Positions 1 to 9,349 of a stretch of 64,000 bases of DNA are shown here, one piece after another. The stretch's first letter is position 1. Every line of letters starts with the position of its first letter. Source of the DNA: Sedimentisphaerales bacterium (GTDB taxonomy: Bacteria; Planctomycetota; Phycisphaerae; Sedimentisphaerales; Anaerobacaceae); the NCBI GenBank assembly GCA_963708075.1, contig OY970194.1, positions 3,488,001-3,552,000 on the forward strand, in the 5' to 3' direction. Position numbers and translations under genes: made by a program. The notes under the pieces are model-generated. The model was not told where the DNA came from, did no database searches, and saw only the letters and a list, made by a program, of their open reading frames with translations.

Positions 1-627
1 TTCGCCGGTCAGCAGGCCGGCGCTGAAAAGGAGACTGGCGATGATGCCCATCGTTTTCTGGGCATCGTTGCCGCCATGGCCCAGACTGTACAGTGCGGCC
101 GAAACAAGCTGCCCCTTGCGGAACAGATGATCCACCTTGCCGGGCGTGGAATTGCGGCACACCCAGTAGACGGCGGTGCCCAGCACGATCCCCAGGACGA
201 ATCCGAGGATGGGCGAGACGAAGATGAAGATCACCGTCTTGGTGATTCCGGACCAGACCAGAGCACTCGACCCGACCTTGACCAGGCCCGCACCGATCAT
301 CCCCCCGATGAGAGCGTGAGAGGAACTGGTCGGCAGGCCCAGATACCAGGTGATGATATCCCACGAGCAGGCGCCCATCAAAGTGGCGAAGATGACGCCC
401 TTATCCACAATCGCGATATCGATAATGCCTTTGCCAATCGTGTTGGCAACGTGCAGGCCAAAGAACAGGAAGGCAATGAAGTTGAAGAACGCCGCCCAGA
501 TGACAGCCCAACGAGGCGTGAGAACCCGCGTCGAGACGATCGTGGCGATGGAATTGGCGGAATCGTGAAAGCCGTTGAGGAAATCGAAAAACAGGGCCAG
601 GGCGATCAGCAAGAGGACAATCGTCAT
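1..627 (-). CDS. pit: Inorganic phosphate transporter, PiT family (3' part runs off the window)
   Basis: Manual translation from ATG at 627: MTIVLLLIALALFFDFLNGFHDSANSIATIVSTRVLTPRWAVIWAAFFNF, containing the PiT signature GxHDxAN; not in the ORF track because it has no stop in the window. Confidence 0.93.
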   Translation of the reverse strand, partial: MTIVLLLIALALFFDFLNGFHDSANSIATIVSTRVLTPRWAVIWAAFFNFIAFLFFGLHVANTIGKGIIDIAIVDKGVIFATLMGACSWDIITWYLGLPTSSSHALIGGMIGAGLVKVGSSALVWSGITKTVIFIFVSPILGFVLGIVLGTAVYWVCRNSTPGKVDHLFRKGQLVSAALYSLGHGGNDAQKTMGIIASLLFSAGLLTGE

Positions 628-689
628 ACGTAAGCCTGCTTTACCTCTATGAAACCAGCTATTGATCTCATTGTGACACCGTCGTATAC

Positions 690-1361
690 CTAACGGATCA
701 TCAGACGCAGATGATCGGCGGCGCGCTCGGCGTTCTCGGCCACTTCGTGCAACGCAGCACAGTACTTGTCCAGAAACATGACAGTCACCGGGTCAAGCTG
801 TTTCTCAAGGTTGTAGACGTGCCGGGCGAACTCCACCTCACGTCGCCTGGCCTGGCCGCTGTTGTCGGTGATTCTCCGGATCGCGTCGAGCGAGTTCTGT
901 GCTTCGGTATCTGTGCAGCCGCTCTTTGCTTCAGAGAAGAGCTCCTCTGCCAGATTCGTCGTCCGCCTGCTGACGTTGACGACCTCGGTGACGAGTGCCC
1001 GGAAATCATCTCGCAATTCGACGGGGACCACGGTCTTGCGTAGCACCAGCAACTCGGCGAAGGCCTGCGATGAGCCGGCCACCTTGTCCTGGCAGGCCAC
1101 GTATTGCCTGAATGCGTCCCCCCCTGCCGAGTGAAAATGCATGTCCTTGATCTGGCCGTACAGCGAGAGCCTGCTTTGGTCCGCTTCATCCCTGATTCTG
1201 CACATTTGCTCATGCAGGGTCCGTATCTTTTCGTAGTCCTCGGCGAGCAGCGCATCGGCCAGCGATTGGATCAATTCCACACTCTGATGGACTCGGCCGG
1301 AGTATTGGCGCAACTCCTGGACAAACAGAACCGGCTCGGAGATCATGTCGAACGCATCCAT
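690..1361 (-). CDS. DUF47/PhoU-like phosphate transport regulator
   Basis: All-helical two-repeat protein (IRDEADQ...; AENAERAADHLRLM) directly upstream of pit; AGGAG before ATG at 1361. Confidence 0.85.
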   Translation of the reverse strand: MDAFDMISEPVLFVQELRQYSGRVHQSVELIQSLADALLAEDYEKIRTLHEQMCRIRDEADQSRLSLYGQIKDMHFHSAGGDAFRQYVACQDKVAGSSQAFAELLVLRKTVVPVELRDDFRALVTEVVNVSRRTTNLAEELFSEAKSGCTDTEAQNSLDAIRRITDNSGQARRREVEFARHVYNLEKQLDPVTVMFLDKYCAALHEVAENAERAADHLRLMIR

Positions 1362-1430
1362 CGCAGGCTCCTGCAAACAATGACCTTGCAGCACGCAGAG
1401 ACGAAACCTGCCTTAATGTTTAACCCGGAA

Positions 1431-1470
1431 ATGTTAGGATTGTGTTAGCGAAGTGTTAGAATTGAGTTAA
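1431..1470 (-). promoter_or_regulatory. Pho-box-like array, four TAAC-containing units at 11-bp period
   Basis: Minus strand TAACtcaattc-TAACacttcgc-TAACacaatcc-TAACat, upstream of the DUF47-pit operon. Confidence 0.65.
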
Positions 1471-1993
1471 TCCCGTACCAGGCTCTGCCTGGGCGAGAGG
1501 TCGCCGAGGAAAAACGGAACCGCAGACGCCGTCCTGAGCGGAGCCGAAGGATGGACGCGGATATTGAAACCGCGAAATCTTGCCCTCGCGAAGTGCCTGT
1601 CCTCGACCTGATCACAGGCGGGGGACACGAACCATGCGAAAACTCTGCAAGCATGTCATTCCCGCCGAGGCGGGAATCCAGGTCTCTTTGCCACGAAGGA
1701 CGCGAAGATAATGGAACCGCTGATGAACGCAGATTCACAACCGGCAACTGCCTCTTCATTCCGCATTCCGCACTCCGAAATCCGCATTCCGCATTCTGGC
1801 TGCCAACTGTCAACCGAGCCCTGCCCCCTGCCTCATGGAGGATAGAGAATGAAAGGTGTCAGGTACGAATGGCGGCGCTTTCAGAAGATGGACAAGCTCA
1901 GAACCCCTTGTCTTTGAGCCAAGACCGCACATTTGCAGCGCTCAAAGCACCTTAAGGAACCGTCATTTGTGGATGCCCATAGTATTCTAGTAT

Positions 1994-2764
1994 CTAGACA
2001 CGGCCTCTTCCCTCTCTCTTGCGGGTCTTTCCGGGCGAAGTGTCCCTATCAGGAGAGTTGAGGACGGCGAACGGGCCGTGCAGTCTCCTCGCCGCGGCGT
2101 CGTACGCGAGCGCAGCCTCGAGCTCGGTGTCAAACTCGCCCAGGTAGGCCTGTTTGCCTCGCGCCTGAATCCCGGCGAACCACTTGTCCGAGCCTTTCCT
2201 CTGATAAACGCCTTTGTACCGTGACACGCCGTTGCGGTACCGTGTTTTGTTGAAGCTGTTCTCCTGCTTCGTGCAGTTGCGCAGGTTGCATGGTCGATTG
2301 TCCAGCCCTTCGTGGTTGATATGATCGCAGACCTTCCCCTCCGGCGTGCCCTTGACCTCCCGGTGCATCCACACCTTGCAGCACGTCCCCCTCTCCCAGA
2401 CCGTCCGCACCGCGTAGCACGTATGTGACCGCACCTGGCAATGCCAGCGATACTGCGACAGCCACGGATAATCCGCCGGATCGACCTTGGCGAACCGATG
2501 ATGCGTCAGCGGGATCTTGCAGTAGTCGCCCAGCTCGTCGCGATAGATCGGCAGATCGCCCCGGGCCCAGCGAATGTCCCCGGCCCCCGGGCAGTCCGCA
2601 CAGCGAAAGCACGCGCACACATCCCTCTTCCCGACCGCCGGCCAGCAGGCCTTGTGCGTCTTGCGGCTCACCAACGGCGGACTCTTCACGCACCGCAGCC
2701 GGCCCGCCACACGCCGGCTGAAGCAGCAATTCCCGCATTGTCTCGCAGTACGCGCTTGGCGCAT
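1994..2764 (-). CDS. HNH endonuclease with C-terminal AP2 DNA-binding domain and Cys-rich N-terminus
   Basis: MHRE...CDHINHEGLDNRPCNLR (HNH) followed by SRYKGV...KWFAGI...YLGEFDTELEAALAYDAAARRLHGPFAVLN (AP2). Confidence 0.88.
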   Translation of the reverse strand: MRQARTARQCGNCCFSRRVAGRLRCVKSPPLVSRKTHKACWPAVGKRDVCACFRCADCPGAGDIRWARGDLPIYRDELGDYCKIPLTHHRFAKVDPADYPWLSQYRWHCQVRSHTCYAVRTVWERGTCCKVWMHREVKGTPEGKVCDHINHEGLDNRPCNLRNCTKQENSFNKTRYRNGVSRYKGVYQRKGSDKWFAGIQARGKQAYLGEFDTELEAALAYDAAARRLHGPFAVLNSPDRDTSPGKTRKREGRGRV

Positions 2765-3490
2765 CGAGCGTCCTCGCGGAGGGCACGAAAATGCGTCCCT
2801 CCACTATGGGACGAAAGTGCGCAATTTGGTCGAAAAAAACGCATCCCCGCCCGCCCACGAAACGCATAACCCCTTACTGCCAAAGGAATAAAATAATTTG
2901 CTGTAGCAGGCGCTTTTCCTTCTAAACCGGCGCGAATCGTGCGAAAATCGACCGAAAGTGAGTCAGACCAACAGGGGTTTCTCGCCACTTTGGGCGTGAG
3001 AAGCCCGCAAATCCGAAATCCGAATGTCGAAATCCGAAACAAGCACATAAAGCACAAATGCCCCAGATTCAAAACAGGACCAAGCAAGCAACGCGTAGGG
3101 GCGGGTTTGAAACCCGCCCGTAGACCTCCCAAGCCAGTCCTCTTATGCATGGCATTCCCGCGAAGGGCCTGCCCTCGACCCTCGATCAGGTCGAGGGCAG
3201 GCTCTGATCGGGGGCGGGAATCCAGGTTTCTTAACCACAAAGTCCACGAAGAGCCCAGCGCGGCCTCCGGCCGCAACCAAATTCCCCTCGCGCAGAGACG
3301 CGGAGGCGCAGAGAAAGGCCGAGCCGCAACACGTTCTGTACTCTGCGTCTCTGCGTGAGACATAATTCATGTGGTTTCAGTAGCTTACGTGTCACCCTGT
3401 CGAAAAATCTGCGCAAGAAAACAAGATCCCAACAAGTAGTAGTACGAAGAAGACCCCCTGAAGAAGGCGCCTCTTGATAGCGGTATTTTC

Positions 3491-3519
3491 TTGATTTTCC
3501 CTTCCGGCGGGTCTACAAT
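3491..3519 (+). promoter_or_regulatory. Putative sigma70 promoter
   Basis: TTGATT-N17-TACAAT upstream of the acyltransferase. Confidence 0.5.
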
Positions 3520-3608
3520 GCTCGGTAGCACGCCATGGATGGGGAACCACAGCACGGACCGCAGCGAGCGCTGTTGATAGTCTGAGTTGATACACGACTC
3601 AGGAGCGA

Positions 3609-4637
3609 GTGTTGGAGGTTGACGGTTTGCGGAACCGGGTTCTTCTGCAGGATGCCTCACCGGCTCGGATGCCCCTGGTTGTTACTCGAAGCGTCGAATG
3701 CGTCCCACTCTCCGTGGAGAGCGTTCGCATAGCCAATATCGACCGGCTGCGGATCGTGGCGGCACTGGGAATCGTCTGGTTTCACACGCCGGCGGCGAAC
3801 TGGCGGGCGATAGGCTACAGCGGACTGCCTATCTTCCTGCTGCTCTTTGCCTCTCTCGTGACGAACCGAAGCCATCTGGACACCTCCCGGCGATTCCTGA
3901 AGCGGCGATGGAGTCGGCTGATCGTGCCCTGGCTGTTCTGGTCTGCCGTCTATGCCCTCTGCTCGCTCAGCAAAGCTCTCGGCTCGCACGATATATCCGA
4001 TGTATGGGCCGCGCTGTCCATCAAAACGATCTTCGTTGGCGCTCACATTCATCTGTGGTATCTGCCCTATGCGTTTGTGTGGGGGCTGATCCTCCATGCA
4101 GTCAGTGCCTGGACGCTCCGCATGTCCCATGCGGTTGTCGCGGCCGGGGCGGCAGTCTTCGGCCTTCTCACGCTGTCCGGGTACGTGCTGGTGATATCGG
4201 GCGGCGCCCTCCCCGCCCCGTTGTCTCAATGGGCGTTTGCCGCCCCTGCAATCCCCTTGGGGTTTGCCATCGGCCGGTGCCAGATGATCCGCGACGAACG
4301 TACCCGGCGACTGTTGCTGCTGCTGATCGCCCTGGCCGGCGGTCTGGTGTGTTTGGCGATTCGCTCCGCGGGCTTCATCTCGCCCGCCATACCCTACGGA
4401 CTTGCCACGATTCTTGTCTGTCTGGCGTACGTGTTTCCGGGCCGAACGGACAGTATCGTATCCTGGGCGGCCCCACTGACGTTTGGGATCTACGTTCTGC
4501 ATCCGCTGGTCGATTATGGTGCCAGGCACTTCCTTGCTGCCCGGATGTACCCGGGCCCGTTCATCGTTTCTGTATTCTGCCTGTCTGCGTTGGTGACTTG
4601 CGTTCTTCTGCGTACGCCGTTGAGGAGGTTCTTCTGA
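3609..4637 (+). CDS. Acyltransferase family 3 membrane protein (start uncertain)
   Basis: IDRLRIVAALGIVWFH, KRRWSRLIVPWLFWS, HLWYLP, TFGIYVLHP motifs; multiple TM segments. Confidence 0.88.
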   Translation: MLEVDGLRNRVLLQDASPARMPLVVTRSVECVPLSVESVRIANIDRLRIVAALGIVWFHTPAANWRAIGYSGLPIFLLLFASLVTNRSHLDTSRRFLKRRWSRLIVPWLFWSAVYALCSLSKALGSHDISDVWAALSIKTIFVGAHIHLWYLPYAFVWGLILHAVSAWTLRMSHAVVAAGAAVFGLLTLSGYVLVISGGALPAPLSQWAFAAPAIPLGFAIGRCQMIRDERTRRLLLLLIALAGGLVCLAIRSAGFISPAIPYGLATILVCLAYVFPGRTDSIVSWAAPLTFGIYVLHPLVDYGARHFLAARMYPGPFIVSVFCLSALVTCVLLRTPLRRFF

Positions 4638-4750
4638 TGGAGGAGAACTTGACAAGATCGCCCCTTGGGGCGAGACTGCTGGCGATCATCCTGGCAGCCG
4701 CCGTGTTCGTGGGAACCATCATACTGCTGCAACTGTGGCGGGACTTGTGA
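4637..4750 (+). CDS. Small single-TM peptide (37 aa)
   Basis: TGATG stop/start overlap with the acyltransferase; MEENLTRSPLGARLLAIILAAAVFVGTIILLQLWRDL. Confidence 0.45.
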   Translation: MEENLTRSPLGARLLAIILAAAVFVGTIILLQLWRDL

Positions 4751-4752
4751 AT

Positions 4753-4893
4753 ATGCAGGAATCGACTTTGATCCTTCTCGTGTGCGCCATCCTCGGCGGC
4801 TCCGCGATTACCTGTACGGGCGTCTGGTGCGCCTCTGATCGGTACACCTGCGTTTCCGTGGGCAACAGCCGAGCTTATGAGATCGAGAGGTGA
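4753..4893 (+). CDS. Small hydrophobic peptide (46 aa), possibly truncated
   Basis: ATG 2 nt after the previous stop; MQESTLILLVCAILGGSAITCTGVWCASDRYTCVSVGNSRAYEIER; ends next to a REP-like palindrome. Confidence 0.35.
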   Translation: MQESTLILLVCAILGGSAITCTGVWCASDRYTCVSVGNSRAYEIER

Positions 4894-4896
4894 TCT

Positions 4897-4942
4897 GGGG
4901 ACACAATACTTAATTCCCACCCGAGATAAGTAATGTGTCCCC
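4897..4942. repeat. REP-like palindrome
   Basis: GGGGACACAATACTT...AAGTAATGTGTCCCC inverted repeat between convergent genes. Confidence 0.65.
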
Positions 4943-4952
4943 GGAATTCCCT

Positions 4953-7571
4953 TCACGGTTTATCGAAAGCGCTGCCGTCGAGCTTATCGTGTAGTTGCAT
5001 ATCGTAGCGCTCTTCTTCTTGGACTGCCAGGTCATTGCCATATCGTGTCATCCATATTAGCTTGGCCGCGTACTTGATACCGCCCGTCTCCTTATATTCG
5101 CTGAAAACCCTCTCCTCAGGCGGGGAGCCTTTGATTCTAGTGCCCATCTTCACTAGCAAGCCGCTTTCGTTGTCAAAGAACAATTCAAATTCAACATCGC
5201 GAAGATCTCTGTGGGTCACTTTGATGCCCAGCGCCTCCCGGCTATCAATCCGGCTTTCTCCCAGCGGCGACAAGGTAAGGGCTTTGTCGGTGAGGTCAAG
5301 CCGCAGCGCTATCCAGTGTCCGTAATTCTCTTGGCGGAGACCCGTGAGCTCGTCATCACGAAAAGTTATCAAACTCATTTCACGGTTCCGAAACCATCCC
5401 TTGTCCCCATTTAGTACGAGAGTTGTCGTGAATCGTTGGCCGTTCTCGTCATAGTCCTTCGCCTTGCGATATTGCTTCGGACCTTGCATTGCCCACTCAC
5501 TGGTGAAATGACGAGTAGTACCCTTGAACCGGTATGTGCCCTTGCTCTTCCACGTCACCGCCTTGAACTCGGTCAGCTTGGCTTCACCGCCCATGGCCTG
5601 GATGGCTTTGTCAATAATCGCCCGCGCTTCGGCTTGCTCATCGGCCCGACTGGGGACGACGCCACCAAGCAGCAGGACTGACTCGACGCCTTCAGCGGCA
5701 TTGATACTATCGGAAATCGGTCGCCTCCAAACGCCGCCGCCGTGAGTCCCGGCAAAGAGATTCGTGCCGCTCACCGCAAGGGTGTACACCGTGGTGTTCG
5801 TCAAGCCGGTATTGACTGCAGTCCAGCTTGTGCCGTTGTTGGTCGAGCCAAAAACGCCGCCTTCAGTCCCTGCAAAGAGATTCGTGCCGCTCGCCGCAAG
5901 GGCGGAAACATTTGTGTTCGTCAAGCCGGTACTGACCTCTGTCCAGCTTGTGCCGTTGTTGGTCGAGAGAAAGAGGCCGCTGTCGTAAGTCCCTGCAAAA
6001 AGACTCGTGCCGCTCACCGCAAGGGCGGAAATATTTGTGTTCGTCAAGCCGGTATTGACCTCGGTCCAGCTTGTGCCGTTGTTGATCGAGAGAAAGAGGC
6101 CGCTGTCGTAAGTCCCTGCAAAAAGACTCGTGCCGCTCACCGCAAGGGCGGATACATTTCTGTTCGTCAAGCCGGTCGCAGTCCAGCTTGTCCCGTTATT
6201 GGTCGAGAGAAAAACGCCGCCGCCGTAGGTCCCTGCAAAGAGATTTTCCGATGAGTCGTGACTCACCGCAAAGGCGCGGACTTGAAGGTTCGTCAAGCCG
6301 TTAGTGACCACAGTCCAGTTTGTGCCATTGTTGGTCGAGAGAAAAACGCCGCCGCCGGCAGTCCCGGCGAAGAGATTCGCGCCGCTCACCGCAAGGGCGA
6401 AGACCCAACTGTGCGTGCCGTGCTCCGAAAGGTGAGGGACAGAAGTGTCCGGTAAGCCTGTTTTGACGGCAGTCCAGCTTGTGCCATTGTTGGTCGAGAG
6501 AAAGACTCCACCGCCGTAAATCCCTGCAAAGAGATTCGTGCCGATCACCGCAAGGGCACGGACGGAAGTGGCCGTCAGGCCGTTATTGACCTCAGTCCAG
6601 CTTGTGCCGTTGTTGGTAGAGCGAAAAACGCCGCCGCCGTAAGTCCCTGCAAAGAGATTTGAGCCGCCTGCCCTGTTGGAGCTCACCGCAAGGGCGTGAA
6701 CTTGAAGGTGCGTCAAGCCGTCATTGACCGGGGTCCAGCTTGTGCCATCGTTCGTCGAGCGAAAAAGGCCGCCACTACAGGTCCCAGCAAAGAGATTCGT
6801 GTCGCCTGCCCCGTTGGAGTTCACGGCAAGCGAGTTAAGGTGAAGATGAGTCAAACCGTTATTGACCGCAGTCCAACTCGTGCCGTTGTTGGTGGAGCTA
6901 AAGACGCCACCGCCCCAAGTCCCTGCAAGGAGATTCCCGCCGCTCACCGCAAGGGCACGGACAAAAGTGTTCGTCAAGCCCTTATTGACCTCAGTCCAGC
7001 TTGTGCCGTTGTTGGTAGAGAGAAAGACACCACCATTTCCCGTCCCTGCAAAGAGATTCCTGCCGCTCACCGCAAGGGCGAAAACATTGGTGTTCGTCAA
7101 GCCGTTATTGACCGCCGTCCAGTTTGTGCCGTTGTTGGTGGAGAGAAAAACGCCGCCTTCTGTCCCGGCAAAGAGATTCGTGGCGCTCACCGCAAGGGCG
7201 AAAACATTGGTGTTCGTCAAGCCGTTATTGACCGCCGTCCAGCTTGTGCCCTTGTTGGTCGAAAGAAAGACGCCGTCTTCGAGAGTCCCTGCAAAGAGAT
7301 TCGTGCCGCTAACCGCAACGGCGCAAACCCAGGCTCTCGTCAAGCCGGTCGCAGTCCAGCTTGTGCCATTATTCGTTGAGAGAAACACACCACCACCACC
7401 AGTCCCGGCAAAGAGATTCGTGCCACTCACGGCAAGACTATTTATCATACCACCGTAGGGGCCGTTTGTTTGAACCCATTGAGCGGGAGCAACGCCTGCG
7501 GGCATCAGTGAAAGAAAGAACAGGACCAGAATAGTTCGTACTTTATGCATAGGAATACCGCGGACAGTCAC
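4953..7571 (-). CDS. Secreted Asp-box/BNR-like beta-propeller protein (14 repeats) fused to an unrelated ~230-aa C-terminal domain
   Basis: Signal peptide, then 14 copies of LFAGTxGGGVFxSTNNGTSWT; C-terminal domain begins ADEQAEARAIIDKAIQAMGG. Confidence 0.85.
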   Translation of the reverse strand: MTVRGIPMHKVRTILVLFFLSLMPAGVAPAQWVQTNGPYGGMINSLAVSGTNLFAGTGGGGVFLSTNNGTSWTATGLTRAWVCAVAVSGTNLFAGTLEDGVFLSTNKGTSWTAVNNGLTNTNVFALAVSATNLFAGTEGGVFLSTNNGTNWTAVNNGLTNTNVFALAVSGRNLFAGTGNGGVFLSTNNGTSWTEVNKGLTNTFVRALAVSGGNLLAGTWGGGVFSSTNNGTSWTAVNNGLTHLHLNSLAVNSNGAGDTNLFAGTCSGGLFRSTNDGTSWTPVNDGLTHLQVHALAVSSNRAGGSNLFAGTYGGGVFRSTNNGTSWTEVNNGLTATSVRALAVIGTNLFAGIYGGGVFLSTNNGTSWTAVKTGLPDTSVPHLSEHGTHSWVFALAVSGANLFAGTAGGGVFLSTNNGTNWTVVTNGLTNLQVRAFAVSHDSSENLFAGTYGGGVFLSTNNGTSWTATGLTNRNVSALAVSGTSLFAGTYDSGLFLSINNGTSWTEVNTGLTNTNISALAVSGTSLFAGTYDSGLFLSTNNGTSWTEVSTGLTNTNVSALAASGTNLFAGTEGGVFGSTNNGTSWTAVNTGLTNTTVYTLAVSGTNLFAGTHGGGVWRRPISDSINAAEGVESVLLLGGVVPSRADEQAEARAIIDKAIQAMGGEAKLTEFKAVTWKSKGTYRFKGTTRHFTSEWAMQGPKQYRKAKDYDENGQRFTTTLVLNGDKGWFRNREMSLITFRDDELTGLRQENYGHWIALRLDLTDKALTLSPLGESRIDSREALGIKVTHRDLRDVEFELFFDNESGLLVKMGTRIKGSPPEERVFSEYKETGGIKYAAKLIWMTRYGNDLAVQEEERYDMQLHDKLDGSAFDKP

Positions 7572-7607
7572 CTGTTATCTCCTTCTCTTGTCGCATTTTT
7601 CCCTCGG

Positions 7608-7757
7608 CTCTCGGACTTCCGCGGCCAGCCCACTCATTTTGGCCTCACCACATCGATCCGGCCCGCGGCGGGCCGCAACTCTCATTTGTCGTAGCAGCAT
7701 CAGGGGTGTGTCTCTGGGGACCATTATGCGAAGCGCCTGCGCAGCAGGCAAGGAAAA
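7608..7757 (-). repeat. 150-bp promoter/leader module, copy A
   Basis: Ungapped match (about 117/150) to 33731-33880; includes TTGCCT-N17-CATAAT. Confidence 0.8.
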
Positions 7758-8131
7758 AAGACAGTTCCCGGTGGTCGGATGCGGCCGCCATTCGGTGGCG
7801 GATTCGGGGCTCCGCGTAGGACGAGCGTCCTCGCTCGTCCTCTTTCGGCTGTGGCCTTGTACAGGATCCAGCCCGTTGCAAGGGCCCGGACTGGTCGTGC
7901 GGGGACGCACGACCCCCGATCAGGTCGGGGGCAGGCTCTACGAAGAGGCTCGCCGACTGCCACCGTATTCCGACCACACCCGGCGGTCAGTTGACAGTTG
8001 CCGGCCAGAATGCGGAGCCGCGCGGGACGCGCAATGCGGAATTGGGAGTGCGGAGAACTAGGACAGTCACCTATTAAGGACAGCCATCATCGGTGAGTGT
8101 CATCCATAGTGGCCGATCAGTGATTTGCCTC

Positions 8132-9349
8132 TCAGGCCTCCGCGTCGGCAAACTCGTCTGAATCCACGTAGATCTCGGCCTTTCGGCCGAAGACCGACAG
8201 GACTTTGCCCGTCATAAAGCCGGCCGCCAGAGCGATCACGACCGTTGTGACAATGCCCTTGATCTGCGTTGTCTTGTCGAGCCCGTTGACCACGAACATC
8301 GCCGCCACGCCGCCCACCAGACCCGGCCAGCCGTGCAGGTTCAGAACGCCGCACGTATCGATGCTCTTGAGCTTGTTCTGAAGCTTGCCCTGAACGACTG
8401 CGAACCCGAACGTCGAGACTATCCCGGCAAGTACGCCGATGACAAATGCCGTCGGGTGATTCGCGTGGTCGCACGTCGAGCCGATGGCCACACCGCCCGC
8501 CAGCGAGGCATTGGCGATATCCGCGACATTGATCTTGCCGTGGCGAAGGACGACGGATGCCAAATAGGTCGCGAGTGTAGCTCCGCACAGCGCCAGCACG
8601 ACGTTGACGGCCGTGAAGGGGATCAACTCCGGAGCCACGAGCGCCGCACAGAAGCTCGGCCAGAATACCCATAGCACCATGCTCCCGAGCATCGAGAAAC
8701 GGTCGCTGGTCACGTCGCACTCGATCTTCTCGGAGAACTCGCGTGCAGTCGTCATCGTCAGGATGACGCCCAATCCGAAGAGGGCTCCGAAGGCGTGGAT
8801 GACAATCGAGCCGCCGGTATCCGCGAAGCCACCGGCGACCAGCCCGAGCCCGCCCTTGAGCACGACCCACTCATTCAGCATGTAGCAGACGATGAAGAGG
8901 AAGCCCAGCACCATGTACTGCCCCATTTTCAGTCTTCCGAGCACCGCGCCGGCGCATATCAGCAGGCTTGCCGCCCCGAACTCGGCCAGAATGAGTCTGT
9001 CGATCTCTACTGCCTCCGACTTGCCGAATATCCCCAGGCTGTTGACAAGGAAATAGACCGGGATCGCCACGCTCACGAGCAGGTACGTTGCCGTCACGGC
9101 CGAGCGCCCATACTTCTTCACGAACACCATCAGGAAACCGAAGCCCACCAGGAGCATGGCCATGATATGGATGCTGCGGTTGTACTTTTGCACGTCCAGC
9201 AACGAAGAGAGCTGTCCTGTGGTTGCCGGTTCAGCCGCCCGGATGCTTGCCGTGCCCTGTGCTGTGTCCACAGCCCAAAGCGTTCGCGTACACATGAGCA
9301 TGACCGCGATACCAAGGATCGCGCACACCCCGACCGTTCCCTTTTTCAT
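8132..9349 (-). CDS. Ammonium transporter, Rhesus (Rh50)-type
   Basis: Rh-type motifs HIMAMLLVGFGFLM, DTGGSIVIHAFGALFG, SDRFSMLGSMVLWVFWPSF, NASLAGGVAIG, DTCGVLNLHG. Confidence 0.9.
   Translation of the reverse strand: MKKGTVGVCAILGIAVMLMCTRTLWAVDTAQGTASIRAAEPATTGQLSSLLDVQKYNRSIHIMAMLLVGFGFLMVFVKKYGRSAVTATYLLVSVAIPVYFLVNSLGIFGKSEAVEIDRLILAEFGAASLLICAGAVLGRLKMGQYMVLGFLFIVCYMLNEWVVLKGGLGLVAGGFADTGGSIVIHAFGALFGLGVILTMTTAREFSEKIECDVTSDRFSMLGSMVLWVFWPSFCAALVAPELIPFTAVNVVLALCGATLATYLASVVLRHGKINVADIANASLAGGVAIGSTCDHANHPTAFVIGVLAGIVSTFGFAVVQGKLQNKLKSIDTCGVLNLHGWPGLVGGVAAMFVVNGLDKTTQIKGIVTTVVIALAAGFMTGKVLSVFGRKAEIYVDSDEFADAEA

Noticed and set aside
76..633. 185-aa plus-strand ORF
   Set aside because: Antisense shadow of the pit gene
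5740..7450. Regular ~120-bp repeats resembling a CRISPR or tandem array
   Set aside because: They are in-frame coding repeats of the propeller protein; no unique spacers and no cas genes
7575..7910. Conserved small protein encoded by the 150-bp module (paired with ORF 33671-33889)
   Set aside because: Substitutions between the copies are largely non-synonymous and the stops differ, so the constraint looks non-coding
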